Shown here one piece after another: positions 1 to 13,170 of a stretch of DNA of 64,000 nt. Source of the DNA: Chiloscyllium plagiosum. Taxonomy: Eukaryota. Location of the stretch: contig NC_057721.1 in assembly GCF_004010195.1 (NCBI RefSeq), positions 22,378,315 to 22,442,314 of the forward strand. The letters run 5' to 3'. Position numbers and translations under genes: made by a program. Position 1 is the stretch's first letter. The number at the start of each line of letters is the position of its first letter. The notes beneath the pieces were generated by a model, which did no database searches, was not told the origin of the DNA, and saw only the letters and a list, made by a program, of their open reading frames with translations.

Positions 1-727
1 TCCCGGCACCTTCCCCTGCAACTGCAAGAAATGCAAAACTTGCGCCCACACCTCCCCTCTTACTTCCCTCCAAGGCCCCAAGGGACACTTCCATATCCGC
101 CACAAATTCGCCTGCACCTTCACACGCATCATCTATTGCATCCGCTGCACCCGATGTCGCCTCCACTATATTGGGGAGACAGGCCGCCTACTTGCGGAAC
201 GTTTCAGAGAACACCTCTGGGACACCCGGACCAACCAACCCAACCACCCCGTAGCCCAACACTTTAACTCCCCCTCCCACTCCACCAAGGACATGCAGGT
301 CCTTGGACTCCTCCATCGCCAGACCATGGCAACACGACGGTTGGAGGAAGAGCGCCTCATCTTCTGCCTGGGAGCCCTCCAACCACAAGGGATGAATTCG
401 GACTTTTCCAGTTTCCTCATTCCCCCTCCCCCCACCTTGTCTCAGTCAAATCCCTTGACCTCAGCACCGCCTTCCTAACCTGCAATCATCTTCTTGACCT
501 CTCCTCCCCCACCGCCCTCTTGCCTATCACCCTCACCTTGACCTCCCTCCACCTATCGCCTTTCCAAAACCCCTCCCCCAACTCCCTTCTCCCTACCTTT
601 TATCTTAGCCTGCTGGACACACTTTCCTCATTCCTGAAGAAGGGCTTATGCCCGAAACGTCGATTCTCCTGTTCCTTGGATGCTACCTGACCTGCTGTGC
701 TTTTCCAGCAACACATTTTCAGCTCTG
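1..727 (+). mobile_element. Penelope-like element 3' end: GIY-YIG endonuclease coding segment plus pseudo-LTR
   Basis: Frame from nt 2 is open to the stop at 476-478: PGTFPCNCKKCKTC...IIYCIRCTRCRLHYIGETGRLLAERFREH...PVAQHFNSPSHS...LQPQGMN, which is the PLE-type GIY-YIG domain. It is followed by the terminal repeat shared with many short copies in the window. Confidence 0.9.
634..661 (+). ncRNA. Minimal hammerhead ribozyme core in the PLE terminal repeat
   Basis: CTGAAGA-A-GGGC(TTAT)GCCC-GAAA-CG-TC fits CUGAnGA / stem II / GAAA / minimal palindromic stem III / UH. Stem I pairing is weak and activity is untested. Confidence 0.65.
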
Positions 728-3074
728 TTAGTCAGGAGTCTGCAAGTGGACTCTTTTAACATGGGAAGGTTGTTGTGCTAGAGCTACCATGTGGCTTTGG
801 ATGACCCGGAAATTCCTATTTTTACCAGCTGCCACAGGAAGCTCAGACTTATTTCCAAATTGAAAATCAACAAGTCAATAAAGTGAAATGATGACCACTC
901 CTTGGATGTGGATTTTTAAGTGCTCAGCAGCACATTTTATTCTCATCTTTTAATAAGTTCCCAAACAGTGATGTTAGCCTCAAGTATTAAAATGACTTTC
1001 CTTCTGGAAATTGTAATGGGGTCTGCAATCATCAGTCAAATGTACTTCCAGATTTTCCATGTTATGATTAGAATCAAGTTCAGTTGGAAAATCTAATGAG
1101 ATATTCGGCCCAATATTCTATTCCTGGTATGAATTCAGAATTCTAAGGATGCTGGAAATCTGAAATAGAAGCAAGAAGTATTGGGAGAACTTAACAGGTC
1201 AGCCAGCGGTTCGGGAGAGAAACAGAGTTAATGTTTCAGGTTGATGATCAATTGGAAGGTAACTATTCTTAATATGAAAGTCAATGTGGCTGTCTGCCAA
1301 TGTCAGTTCACCACTTAATCCTCCAGCTCTCTATCTTGGAAACCATGGACCAACATCTCAGAGCATGGTCTATGACTAGTGACTACATGTATTCCTCCTA
1401 TCCATAGATGTTAGCATCAGACACTCATCAGCCTTATCACTTAATAATGACACATCTCCAATCCACTTGCAAGATGCCTCTGCACATCAGTGCTCCATTT
1501 TGGAGCATGGGACATGTCGTGCACATGGACTGAAACTAATTCCAGATTCGGCCAGAGTACATCTCCGGGTTCCTCGCTTCCTCTCTCATGGCTCACTCAC
1601 TTTGTGCCTCCTTGAATGTTCACATTTTGCCCTACCTTTTTGTGCTTTGCTCCCACAGCCAGACCTTAAAGGCTCAAAGTATTGCTGTCTTACCTGACAG
1701 TCAGTCCAGGGGTTGGGTAAGGTCAGGTGACTGCTTTGGATGGTTAAGGTCAGTGAGTTTGTAACAGTGCAATCCAAGGATTCTGCTGTGGTCAGTCCTG
1801 CATGTCCAGTACAACTAGACCAGGAAGACACAGCATGTCAGTCAGGAGCTGCACAGAACTTGATCTAGAGTCTAGTCTGTCATCACTCAGGGTTCACCAT
1901 ACAAGATAGTCAGGGGTTGGCCTATTCAGTCTATTGTTCTTTAAGTCAAGGGGTGTTATCAGGGCCACTGTGGCGGTAGGGGATTTGAGAACTCAATTCT
2001 GGGGATTGGATGCAGCAATCTGGGAAGCAGAGGGGATAATAATTATGAAAGGGGAAGACAGTGGTATATTGGACAATATGGCTTATCACAGGAGAGGGCA
2101 AAATTGAAATTCAGTGCCATGTTGGCCTCATTGGGGTGCAATGCAGTACATTGTTTGACATGACTAAGCTGTAGCGCTGGAGATTTACAGTTTCATCTCT
2201 CTACTCTTTGAATTAGGCGTTGCTGAGTGGAAGCTCAGTACTGATGAACTCAACAGGGAGTTCCGGGAAAAGGGGACATGAGGTATGGAGGGTGGGTGGC
2301 TTTGATTACCAGTTGAGCCTGTGACTCACTGTGCCTCCATATTTGTATAAGTCATCAATTCTTACTGAAAATGGAAAATGGCTCTAACCACATCTGGATT
2401 TGGTGGGTGTTTTCTGTTGAGCCTGTGGGCTGTACTTTTGAGTGAAGTGAGGCTGTTTTGGGGAGCCGTTGCATTTATCAGGCACTGATCATAAATTTAG
2501 GATAGGCATCTCTGTGAAACAGAAATGGTCACAATTCGTAAAGAAGTACAAGGTCTCATGCAGTGCGCAAGGACACTGTTTTTACCTTGAAATGTTCACC
2601 AACATGCTCTTATATGCAATGTTGCCTTCTATTGGATGGTGTGGGGGCAGATAGGACATGCTATCAGTGGTCATACAGCACTTACAATCTCCTACTGTAT
2701 TTGTGGATCATGGCTTGGTGCTGTACTAATCACAATAAGGTTTCTATGTCAAAAGCCCACATAGGGACATTACACGGCCCTCCTTGTCAGAGTCCTTCAT
2801 CACTCATTGTATGGAGGAGGATATTAAACCATATAGGGCTGGATAACCTTTCAAGGGCAACAAGTTTCAGACCATAAATGCTGGTTCAGTTTGTAATGCC
2901 TACATGCATGAGTGAGTAAAAAATAGTATGGTTACTGAGAGATATGGCCAACTGTTCTGTAACCATGGATGATGCCTCTAATGCACAACCCTTGACTGAA
3001 TCTAAGTGGAGATACACTGCTGCCCATTCTTTCACCAGGGCCATTGTAGAACAGATGATAGGAGCAGATAGGTT

Positions 3075-3170
3075 CCTGATGAAGGCCTTTTGCCTGAAAT
3101 GACGATTTTCCCGCTCCTCGGATGCTGCCTGACCTGCTGTGCTTTTTCAGCACTACTCTAATCTTGCAAT
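3075..3170 (+). mobile_element. PLE terminal-repeat fragment with degenerate hammerhead core
   Basis: cctgatgaaggccttttgcctgaaatgacg...ggatgctgcctgacctgctgtgctttttcagc, homologous to 633-720. Confidence 0.7.
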
Positions 3171-5740
3171 ATCCACTTTCGCCCAGATGATAGGTCTGTT
3201 GAAAGTGAAGTGCTGATGCTTATTTTGGTTTGAGGGAGGCCTGCGGTACAGTCCGGATAGAGTGTGCTGCATAATTGTAGTGTGTTGTGCTTTGCTGGAG
3301 CAGTCAATGTTGGGATGTGACAGATTCTGAAGAGCTGGGTGAGTAGCAGCAATATTCCAAGGAGAAAGATTGAACAAGAGGAATATCACCTTCAGTGAAC
3401 AAGCGCAACAGGCCAGACAGGACTTTGTTGACATAGCAACAGCAGAAATCTTCAACATGTGTCATCCCGGACTCAGTGTTAACTGTTTCTTTCTCCATAG
3501 ATCCTTCCAAACCTCCAGAGTTGCTCCATAATTCTCCATTTTTAGAACCTAATTGGCAACTGGTTCCAGTAGTTGTGATTGATAACTGGGTGCATTGATA
3601 ACTTATGGACTATAAATTTGTTGTTACTCCAGAAATGAACGGGCTCTATTTGTTGCATGAGGTCTATGCCACTTCTGTTTGTTTGTTCCATACTTTAGCT
3701 ATTACTGCATAAAGGTGAATGTTCTGCATTGTTTGAAGACTTACCAATATGTGATAGTTCCTCAGTGAACAATGAGGAGGTGTGGGGTACACTGGGCATT
3801 AGGGAAAGGGTAGCATCATCTTAGACATAGTCCTAAGATGGGATGAAAGTAAGGATGGATACCTTGTGGAACTTGTGCTATGAGAAACATTTGTTTTTGG
3901 TTCCTCTCCAACTAAGTGCATGGTGAAGGGCAACTCCAGACCAGCATCACTTGATTGGATGCACAAGCCGAGCTTCAAAGATGGCGCTGACATTGGATCT
4001 TGGGAAGTGCTAGCAGTGTGGATAGTCTCTGTGATGCCTAGCTAACAAAGCAATTTTTGGAAAAATAGTGAGAAATCTCACTAGGCTTTAAGAAGAGAAT
4101 CCATCCATGAAACTTGCAACAATTGCCACTTAACTGATTTCTGATAAAATTTCGCCTGTTAGCTTGGTTTCTGTCGACAGTTGTTGCCTGACCTGCTGAG
4201 TTTTTCCAGCATTCTTTGTTCTTATTCAATTTCTGCGAACGTGAGGAATGCTTTGCTCCTGGGTGGGAGGGAAATGGGCATGTGGCAACAGATCTCCTTC
4301 TCCTTTTATTGAGTCTTGGTTTCATGCACCTTCCCATGAATGCAGAACAATAGAAGGAAGCAATAAAATAAAGTGAAAATGAGTGGAAGGAGTTTAATCC
4401 CTTCTACCTCCTCCTTTTCCTGTGATAACACAAGGTGGATCCACAATGAGGCTGTTGCGAGCACTTGCATTTAGCCTCCCTTGAGTCAAAAGTTCCAACA
4501 TAGGCAGATGGAAAGACTTAGGAAGCTTTGAAAAGGCAAATTAACTTTGTTTCCCACAGAGTGCCCTCAGTTTAAGGGCTGGAGGCCGTCTGGTTGCTGC
4601 TTTTAGATAGCAGCCAAAAGGATTGCGGCTAGCTGTAATTACCGCTCCTGGCTTTCCACTCAACATTCTGTGCAGTAGCCAAGTGCTGAAACCTTTCTCG
4701 GGGCATTTGCCACTGTGCTAATTACTTGATTCCTTCAGTTCAGCTGGTCACAAACAACATACTTTGGGTGAGCTGTACCTGATCAAATACTCTCCTACAT
4801 GAAGGACTGAAATATCAGAGTCATGTCTGTCAGTACTGATTGAAAGAGCTGAGTACAAAATATCAAATTCATCTGTTTTAATTGAAGTAATATAACTAAA
4901 TTGCAATTCTATGCATTTGAGCAAATGAATATTTTAATTTTGAACAAATTTCAAAATTGCATACTGCATAATTTTATTCCTGTTATTTGAACTGGCACAA
5001 TTGGGAGCTGCAAATAAATTGATTATTGTTGCAAAATAATGGAATTAAATTACTAATTGATTTTCTGGTAACAAAACAATTGTAGTTCAATGGGTTAGGT
5101 AACCAAGGAATGATCAATTAACACCCACTTAGAAAGGCATGTGTCAATTAGAGACAGCATGGCTTTGTTAAAGAGAGGTCAAGCTGAACAAATATGGTCA
5201 AGTGTGGATATGAGGGAAGTTCAGTTGATGTAGCTCATAGAAAAGCTTTTGTCAAGGTTCCACATGGGAGACTGATTGAGAAGATTAATGCACTTGGAAG
5301 TGAGGGAAATTTGACAAGATAGATCAGAAACTGGCTTAGTAATAGGACACAAAGACTAATGTTAGAAGGCTGTTTGACTGGAGGCTCGTGTCTGGTGGTG
5401 TACCACAAGGATCAGAACTGGGAAACTTACTGTTTGTTTGTTATATACATAAATGAGGTGGATGTAAACGTGGGAGAAATGTTTAGCAAATTTGCAAAGG
5501 ACACCAAGATTAGTAGAGTGGTTATTGGCAAAGAAGATCATTGTAGGTTACAGGAAGATCGAGACAGGTTGGTCAGATGGGCAGAGCAGTGGCAAATGGT
5601 ATTTAACGCTGATGAATGTGAGGTGTTGCAAGTTGGAAGAAGAAACAAGATGAGGGTGTACTTAATGAATGGTAGGACACTAGGTAGCTTAGAGGAATGG
5701 AGAGATCCTGCGGTAATTATTCACAGTTGGCAGAGCATGT

Positions 5741-5965
5741 AGATTAGATTAGATTACTTACAATGTGGAAACAGNNNNNNNNNNNNNNNNNNNNNNCCTG
5801 CACATCTTTGGACTGTGGGAGGAAACCAGAGCACCTGGAGGAAACCCATGCAGACACGGGGAGAACGTGCAAACGCCACACAGTCAGTCGCCTGAGGCGG
5901 GAATTGAACCCGGGTCTCTAGCGCTGTGAGGCAGCAGTGCTAACCACTGTGCCACCGTGCTGCCC
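5741..5965 (-). mobile_element. HE1-type V-SINE (contains assembly gap)
   Basis: Reverse complement of the tRNA-like head ggcacagtggttagcactgctgcctcacagcg, V-domain, and (ATCTA)n tail. Confidence 0.85.
5775..5796. other. Assembly gap (22 N)
   Basis: Run of N inside a SINE copy. Confidence 1.
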
Positions 5966-6006
5966 ACAATGTAAATAGGATAGTTAAGAAAGCATATGGG
6001 ATACTT

Positions 6007-6905
6007 GATTGATTTGTTTATTGTCACGTGTACCAAGGTACAGTAAAAAGCTTTGTTTACAAGCAGTACAATTTGAGCAAGGGTGTACAGATCAAAAAGA
6101 CTTAGATAGAAGCATACAGGTTACATTGTACAAGGGATGCACTGGGCAAGATCAGCATTAGCAAGATCAGTATTATTTGAGGCGAAAGAGTCCATTCATC
6201 AGTCTAAATAACAGCCAGGAAGAAGCTATTCCTGAACCTGCTGGTGTGTGTGTGTTCAGGCTATGTATCATCTGCCTGACAGAAAAGGTAATAGGAGATC
6301 ATTACCAGGTTGTGATGGATCTTTGATGATGTTGGCAGCCTTTCCATGGCAGAAAGCCATGGAGTCCATGGATGGATCTTTGGCTTCCATGATGGGTCTG
6401 GGCTGTACATGCCACCTTTTGCAGTTTCTTACAGTCCTGGGCAGAGCAGTTGCCATGCCAGGCCGTTCTGCACTCGGACAGTATGTGTCGCCTTGACCAT
6501 TGTGTCTACATGGTAAGTCTAGGACAGGTTGTCGGTTAGTGTCACTCTAAGGAACTTGACACTTTTCAACCTCTCAACTTCAGCTCCGTTGTTGTAGATG
6601 GGGGTGTGTTCTCCTCCTTTCTTTCTTAAATGAATGATCAGTTCTTTAGTTTTGCTGATGTTTAGAGAGAGGTTGTTGTAATTGCACCATATTACCTTCT
6701 GTATTTTGACTTGTCATTGTTAGATATCCATCCCATTACGGTGGTGTCATCAGCAAACTTGTAGATGGCGTTCATTGGGAATTTGGCAACATTGTTTGGG
6801 TATACAGGGAATACAGTAGAGGGCTGAGGACACATCCTTGCGGGGCTCCAGTGTTGAGTTTTATTGTGGAGGAGGTGCAGTTACCTATCTTCACTGATTG
6901 CGGTC
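6007..6905 (-). mobile_element. Rex1/Babar-type LINE, 5'-truncated
   Basis: Minus strand encodes LNTGAPQGCVLSPLLYSLYT and NAIYKFADDTTV; 3' end reads acaataaacaaatcaatcaa. Confidence 0.8.
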
Positions 6906-7587
6906 AACATCAAGGGCTAAAGGGCCTGTACTGTGCTGTAATGTTCTATGTTTTCTTTAGAGCAAAGAAGACTGAGGGGGGAAATGATTGAGGTGTATAA
7001 GAGTATGAAGGGTATTGATAGGGTGTATAGAAAGCAGTTGTAACCCTTGCTTGAGGGGTCAATCACAAGAGGGCATAGTTTCAGGGTAAGGGGGAGGAGA
7101 TTCAGTGGGGATTTAGGATAAAACTTTTTCACTCAACAGGTGCTGAAAATCTGGAATGCGTTGCCTTGGAAGGCAGTGGAGGCTGGAAATCTTACAACCT
7201 TTTAAAAATATTTCGATGAGTACTTCAAATATCATAACATTCAAGTGCAGGAAATTGAGATTAGCACACTTTTAGTTATGTTGATGCAGACTTGAGGGAC
7301 TGAAGGACCTTTTCTGCACTGTATGAATCCATGTATTTTGATAAACATCTATAACTATAGCATTAGTTTGTACATGTAGATGCAAATACTGTTGTTGAGC
7401 TATGTTCTTAAGACAAACATATTGTGAGGAAATGTCGTTTCATTTTATTTAATTATTGTATATTTAAATGTAAAATTTTCTAAAATGTTTGCCAAGTCAA
7501 CATGAGGGAAATGATTATAATAAGTGAATCCCTCCAACTAAACTCAAGTAATTGATAGGTTTCTTTCTTATTTTTTAAAAGCACTGC

Positions 7588-7817
7588 TGAAATAATACTA
7601 TGGAGGCTGACATCCCGTCACCAAGTCAGCCTTTATTACACGTGTACAGTGCATGGACTCTGACCAGCCAGTTCAGAGCCAGTCCCTAGAATGAGGAGAA
7701 TCTCTGAGATTCCTGTTTATATCTGTCAACCAGGACTCCTTGATTGGAATTGTTAACCTGGGTCGAACAGGGATCTCATTCCATGTGATCCACCTGGCCA
7801 TTGTTCCAATCACTGCA
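7588..7817 (-). mobile_element. Solo LTR (about 230 bp)
   Basis: TG...CA termini, 5-bp TSD actgc (7583-7587 / 7818-7822), minus-strand TATAAA and AATAAA. A homologous copy lies at 25740-26029. Confidence 0.7.
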
Positions 7818-8572
7818 ACTGCATTTGTAGCCTGGTTCAATAAGCCTGTAATTATAAAAATATTGCAAAAAGGGTGAAACTTGTATAGTGGATAAAGAAA
7901 ATATCTGACTACCTAATTGCTGCATCTACTTTTTCAATGTTGGGAGGGAGGGGGCGGAGGGGAGCAAAATGAAACAGAAACCTTAATTAAGAATGTTCTG
8001 ATGTATTTATATTTTGTACTTTTCCTGCATTTATTTTGTCCTGCCAACCATCCAATCATAGGTGGCCATTCTCTCTTTCCTCACCTTTTCCCCCTTTTAA
8101 TTGCTTGAAACCTATTACTTTTCTAACTCTTCCCAACTCTGTGGATTGGTTGTAGACTGGAAAGATTAGTTCCTCTCCTCACAGTTGCTGCCTGGCCTGC
8201 TACCTATAATTCAGCATTTTCTGTTTCAATTGAACTTAAATTCGAACCTGTTTTCCCACTTGCCACCTCAGAATTATCAACTACTACCATTATATCAACT
8301 ACTGTTTTTAAATCTCTTTTTTTTTTCTAATCCATTACCTATAATGGGTGCTTCTTCATGGTGTAGAAACAGGTAAAATTTTGTAACCTCAGGTACGTGA
8401 CAGCTCTCTGTATTAGAGAACTAATATGAGTTCTGCCTGCAACATTTCAATTTCATCTGAATTACTAAGCCTTTGAATTAGAACAAATAAATAATTTGAT
8501 TTTCTAAAATTATCAATTATATGATGACTTCTGTGCCAGCAGTTTATCAAACCATGTTAATCCTGTATCTAG

Positions 8573-8748
8573 GATGCCATTGATGTGATCATCCCTATAA
8601 GTAATCCTCTTCAAGAACCCTTGGTGCTTGATGTGATGCTGAATGGAGCTGGGATTACTGGAGACACTAGCCTGGCAGTTGGGCCAAAAGAAGTTATTTC
8701 TTATAAAGCTAGGTACACTCCTCATGTTGTTGGCGAAAGACGTGGAAG
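8573..8748 (+). CDS. CFAP47: CFAP47-like internal coding exon A (DAIDVIIPISNPLQEPLVLDVMLNGAGITGDTSLAVGPKEVISYKARYTPHVVGERRG-S)
   Basis: Acceptor tatctag|GAT, donor AAG|gtaaga; 176 nt, phase 0 in and 2 out, open frame. Peptide resembles the CFAP47 segment 'IEIPLSNP...LDV.L...L.G...L.P...Y...YSP' as remembered. Confidence 0.85.
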
Positions 8749-9294
8749 GTAAGATAAAATTTCTACTTTATGCTGAAATATAACCAGGATATTGGTTACT
8801 CCTCATAGAACTTAGTGACACAGAAAAAGACCATTTGCCATGCCAGATGATAAAGCATTTTCCAGCCAAATTTCATTCTCCTCTCTTGGTCTTTTGCCTT
8901 GCAGATTATGACATTTCAAACACATATCCGTTTTTTAAAAATACAGCAAACTTTCCATTATTTGGCACCTTGGGAACCAGGACTAATTGATCAAATGTTC
9001 CAGTTGATCAAAAGGTCCATATAATCAATGCAAAAACACACACTAAAAATAGAAACCTAATGCAAGGGCTGTACACATCACTGTTATACTTTATTTACAC
9101 TTAAAAATAATGCAGCTTTGCCCTAAATAAAGCTTACCAGCAAAGAACCATCAACTCAACTGACTACTTGGACATCACAGAGATCGTGATAATACAGTAA
9201 ACTTTCAGTATTTCGGGTGTGTAATTTTTGACGGTTTATTTAGAGAGCCGATTAATAAGGTGCCAGTTAAAACAAAAATTGCTACTATAAAGAT

Positions 9295-9870
9295 TTCTTT
9301 CCATCAACCCTTTCGGGCGATAAGTTTCACATCCTTTTAGTGAAAGTCATCTTCTAAACTCCTACGGTTTACTTGGAATCTGCTTCCCTTGTTTATTGAC
9401 CTCCCTAGAAAGAGAAACAGATCCTTCCTATTTATTTAACTTAAACATCTCATCACCATCATCTCGAGGGCAGTCCAACATGGGCAATAAATGAGAGCCA
9501 AACATTTGTTGTGATGCCCACATTCCATGAAGCAATAAAAAGATAGCCTTCTCTGAACCTCCTCTCGTGTGATCACACCCTTTCTAAAGCAGTGGCCAAA
9601 ACTAAACAACATACTCCTGTGACCTAACTACTGTTTTGATGGGTTGCCAGCATAATCTCATTGCCCTTACTGTTAATGCCATGGATAATAAAAGAATGTC
9701 TTGACCACCCGATATATATGGATCTGCGGGGGCGCATCCTCCAAGGTCGTTCTGCTTATCCATGCTTCCCAATATCCCATCATTAATTGTGTATACCATT
9801 GCCTGTTTTCACTCCAAAATTCATTACCTGGATTGAATTCCATTTGATGCTTGCACCTAGTTTTGAGTCC
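9295..9870 (-). mobile_element. Degraded CR1 fragments
   Basis: Minus-strand similarity to the CR1 RT C-terminal and 3' region (ORF 9602-9799 YTINDGILGSMDKQNDLG). Confidence 0.6.
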
Positions 9871-11081
9871 ATCTGTTTAAATAGTCCACGGCAAGTTGCA
9901 GGTTGACAGCAGTCAAATCATGATTTTCTTTTTTTCTATAGAAAGCATTTTTAAAAATTTGTTGTGATTTATTTGAAATAATACTGTCTCAGTTAGCTTT
10001 TCTGCCTCGTCATTTTGTTTTCATATTTGTTTTGTTAAAATGTGACTTCTGGAAAAGCATTTTCATCTTTCTGTATTATTTGGAAGCTCAGGAATGCCAT
10101 GAAAAAAGAGATGTGAGGCAGATCTATGACGTGTAGATTTCAAGCACAAACAGACCAAGGCACATCTATCGAGTCATATCACAAAGCAGTCTTTACAAAT
10201 TTCTCTTTGCTAAGAAAGCAATGACACAGCTTTGCTAGGATTCACCTCAAGCTAATGTCCATCACTGGATAAGACTGCCAGTGACATTAAGGTCATGATA
10301 TTCTTTATACTGTGCATACTCTATGTATCCAGCTCTTATCGAGCAGCCAACAGAGATATTTTTAACACAAATCAACCATCGGTTTGCAAATATATTGAGC
10401 TGGTGACTTGTGCTATTCATCAGTTTATCACGCATTTGCAATGGCAGGACATGGAATTCAAATTAGTTGATCCATTCTGCTTGAAGGAAGAGGCACAACA
10501 GTAGTAGACAGACAAGGGGAAATCTCTGGAAGCTGTAGATGGGGTGTTAGTAGGACTGTATAAAAGGGGAGCCTCCTTCAGGTGTCTTTAGCCTACCCTG
10601 AGGATGAATAGGTCTTATAGCCACTTGCCACTTATTTGAGTGCATATAGACATGAGTACTGTACGTGCTGTCAATGAGAGAGAGGGAAAATATATGCTTC
10701 CCTTTGTGACTCTGACAATATCCTGGAAATGTAGTTCAGCAGCCTTAAATAACCATTTTGATTGCAACTATAGGAGATTTGTAACACAAGTGACATCACT
10801 AGCTGGTCAGTTCCTGACCTAGCTTGAACCAGAGTTAGCTTGGTGTCAGTTGGATCATTAATGAGAGATTTTTCTAATTATACTGGAAACTCCAAGAAAG
10901 CGTAATGTCTATAATACTTATAACAGAACTCCACAATTTCTGGAAGCAAACTCTTATATATTCTTCAACAGGCTGCCCAGTGTTGTAAGCTTTTATAAAT
11001 TACTCATTATCATGAGTTGGAAATGTAGCACCATTCTTTCATTGTCAGTGGATTGAAATGCTGAAACTCTCTGCCTAATCA

Positions 11082-11421
11082 CGGGTGGCACAGTGGTTAG
11101 CACTGCTGCCTCACAGCGCTAGAGACCCGGGTTCAATTCCTGCCTCAGGCGACTGACTGTGTGAAGTTTGCACATTCTCCCCGTGTCTGCGTGGGTTTCC
11201 TCCGGGTGCTCCGGTTTCCTCCCACAGTCCAAAAATGTGCAGGTTAGGTGAATTGGCCATGCTAAATTGCCCGTAGTGTTAGGTGAAGGGGTAAATGTAG
11301 GGGAATGGGTCTGGGTGGGTTGCGCTTCGGCGGGTCGGTGTGGACTTGTTGGGCCGAAGGGCCTGTTTCCACACTGTAAGTAAACTAATCTAATCTTAAA
11401 AAAAAGCTAAACTAATCTAAT
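11082..11421 (+). mobile_element. HE1-type V-SINE, full length
   Basis: tRNA-derived head with box A-like and box B (ggttcaattcc) motifs; V-domain gtttgcacattctccccgtgtctgcgtgggtttcctccgggtgctccggtttcctcccacagtccaaa; CR1-like tail gggccgaagggcctgtttcc...(taatc)n. Confidence 0.9.
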
Positions 11422-12689
11422 CCCATTCTAGGAGTATTTCAGCCATACATTCCACACACATCCAGGAGGATAACTTGCCAACTCTCAATGGCAAGGATAG
11501 GTAATAAATTGCTGACCTTGTCAGAGATGATCATGACCATGAAGAAATTACCAAAAACAAATTTATTCCACTGTCCTAAGGCATCAGTTTATGTGCTAGT
11601 TCTTACAAAGTTAAGCACAAGTGCTAATGCATCTTCTGGTTGATTACCGCATGTACAGGATGCATACTTGAGGCTGAACCTGAGAAGGAAAAGCAATAGT
11701 TGATGTCTGTAAACATGAATGCAACTCCAAAAAATGTCACAGAAACAGCCATTCACCTTTCTGCACTTGATCTCCAGGCTCACTTTATCCAATACAATGC
11801 ATCCTGCCAGTGCCAACTATTTCCATGGCAGTATTTTCCATCGGATTGAAGGCCTGATGGTCACTTCACTTTCCCTTTCAGTTCTGTCCTCTTTGTTACT
11901 TGAGAGCTTATCTTACAAGGCGATTGGGTCTAGATTAGAATGTAATGTTTAAAACTTTCTAAATATCTATGATCCAGCTTCCCATGAAGGGATGCTGAGA
12001 CTTAGCAGAAAATTGTGAGAAAAGAGGGGGAGGTATGCAATATAACACTTCTCTCGTGTGAACAAAATTTGCAATGTACTCCAGTTGTAAGAAGGTATTA
12101 GCATAATTTTGTGCCAATTCTGAGGACACGGGTGGGTGTAGAGTGTATGGGTGAAAATGGAAGGAGCTGTGTTGCACTTGCAATTTAAGGAGAAACAAAT
12201 GCAACAGGGAAGATAAGGATAAAGAGTACTGTGATAGATTTAACAAAGTAAACTGGACAGATGAAGGTTATATTTTTGTTTCAAATCTTCTCAAATTATT
12301 GGGCCTCATTCAGTGTTGACTGACAATGAAAATCAACCTAGGATTCCTTGGTGACGGCTGCAAGAAACAACAGATTTCAACTTGCCAATGAAGTGTTCAC
12401 ATATGTTAAACATAAAGTACCTTTACCACATCTGTCATAAATCCTTCTCTTCACTCTTCAAATATGCCAAATCTTCAGTTCCTTGTCCATCCTTGAATAT
12501 CAATTTCATCAATCTCTGTACCCAATATAAGTGTTCATCACCTGATTGAATAAATCAGTACAAAATAAGTACTCCCATTCCCAAATGATTATAATCTCAG
12601 TGAATAATAAAGCACACTAAAAATTGTGCATTCTTTTACTGTGAGGAATTCAAATGACTAGTCGTACTCTTTACAATTTACAGAAAGAG

Positions 12690-13170
12690 AGTATTTACCT
12701 CAACGAATCTTTGAAAGAGCAATCCTTCTTGGTCTCAATCCTCAGCTCCTTCCCCATGGTTCTGCAGTTTTTATTCTTTTCCTGGTATTTACATAAGTTC
12801 ATTTTGAAGAATACTGCTGAATCTATATCCAACTCCCTCTCAGATAGCACATTCCAGATTCTAACCACTTGTCTAACAATTTTTTTTACACTGGTTGCCT
12901 CTGACTCTTTACCTTTCAAACCATAGCCTTAATTTTTCAGTCATTGAAAACTATTTCTCTTTAGCTAAATCCTTCATGATTATAAACACCTCTCACCAAT
13001 CTCTTGTCGCTCTTCACTGCTCTAAAAAGAAAATGCCAGTTTCTCTAATCTAATATATATATATATATATAACTGTAGTACATCATACCTGGAATTATAT
13101 CAATATTGCTGTCACATCTCCAAAGCCTTTTTTCTTTCTTAAAGGATGGCATCCAGAATTTGTCACATGG
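12690..13170 (-). mobile_element. Degraded CR1 3' fragment
   Basis: ORF 12695-12919 has QVVRIWNVLSE...FKMNL, which is CR1 ORF2 C-terminus-like. Confidence 0.65.

Larger units (their letters stand above)
5120..7330 (+). mobile_element. CR1 LINE RT and 3' fragments, interrupted by an HE1 SINE and a Rex1/Babar LINE
   Basis: ORF 5359-5742 has SKFAKDTKI...LQEDRDRLVRWAEQWQMVFNADECEVL (CR1 RT). The CR1 3' region resumes at about 6955-7330. Confidence 0.8.

Noticed and set aside
11082-11150. tRNA gene-like sequences at SINE heads (also about 28140, 36300 and 55270)
   Set aside because: They continue directly into the V-domain and LINE-like tail, so they are SINE heads rather than tRNA genes.
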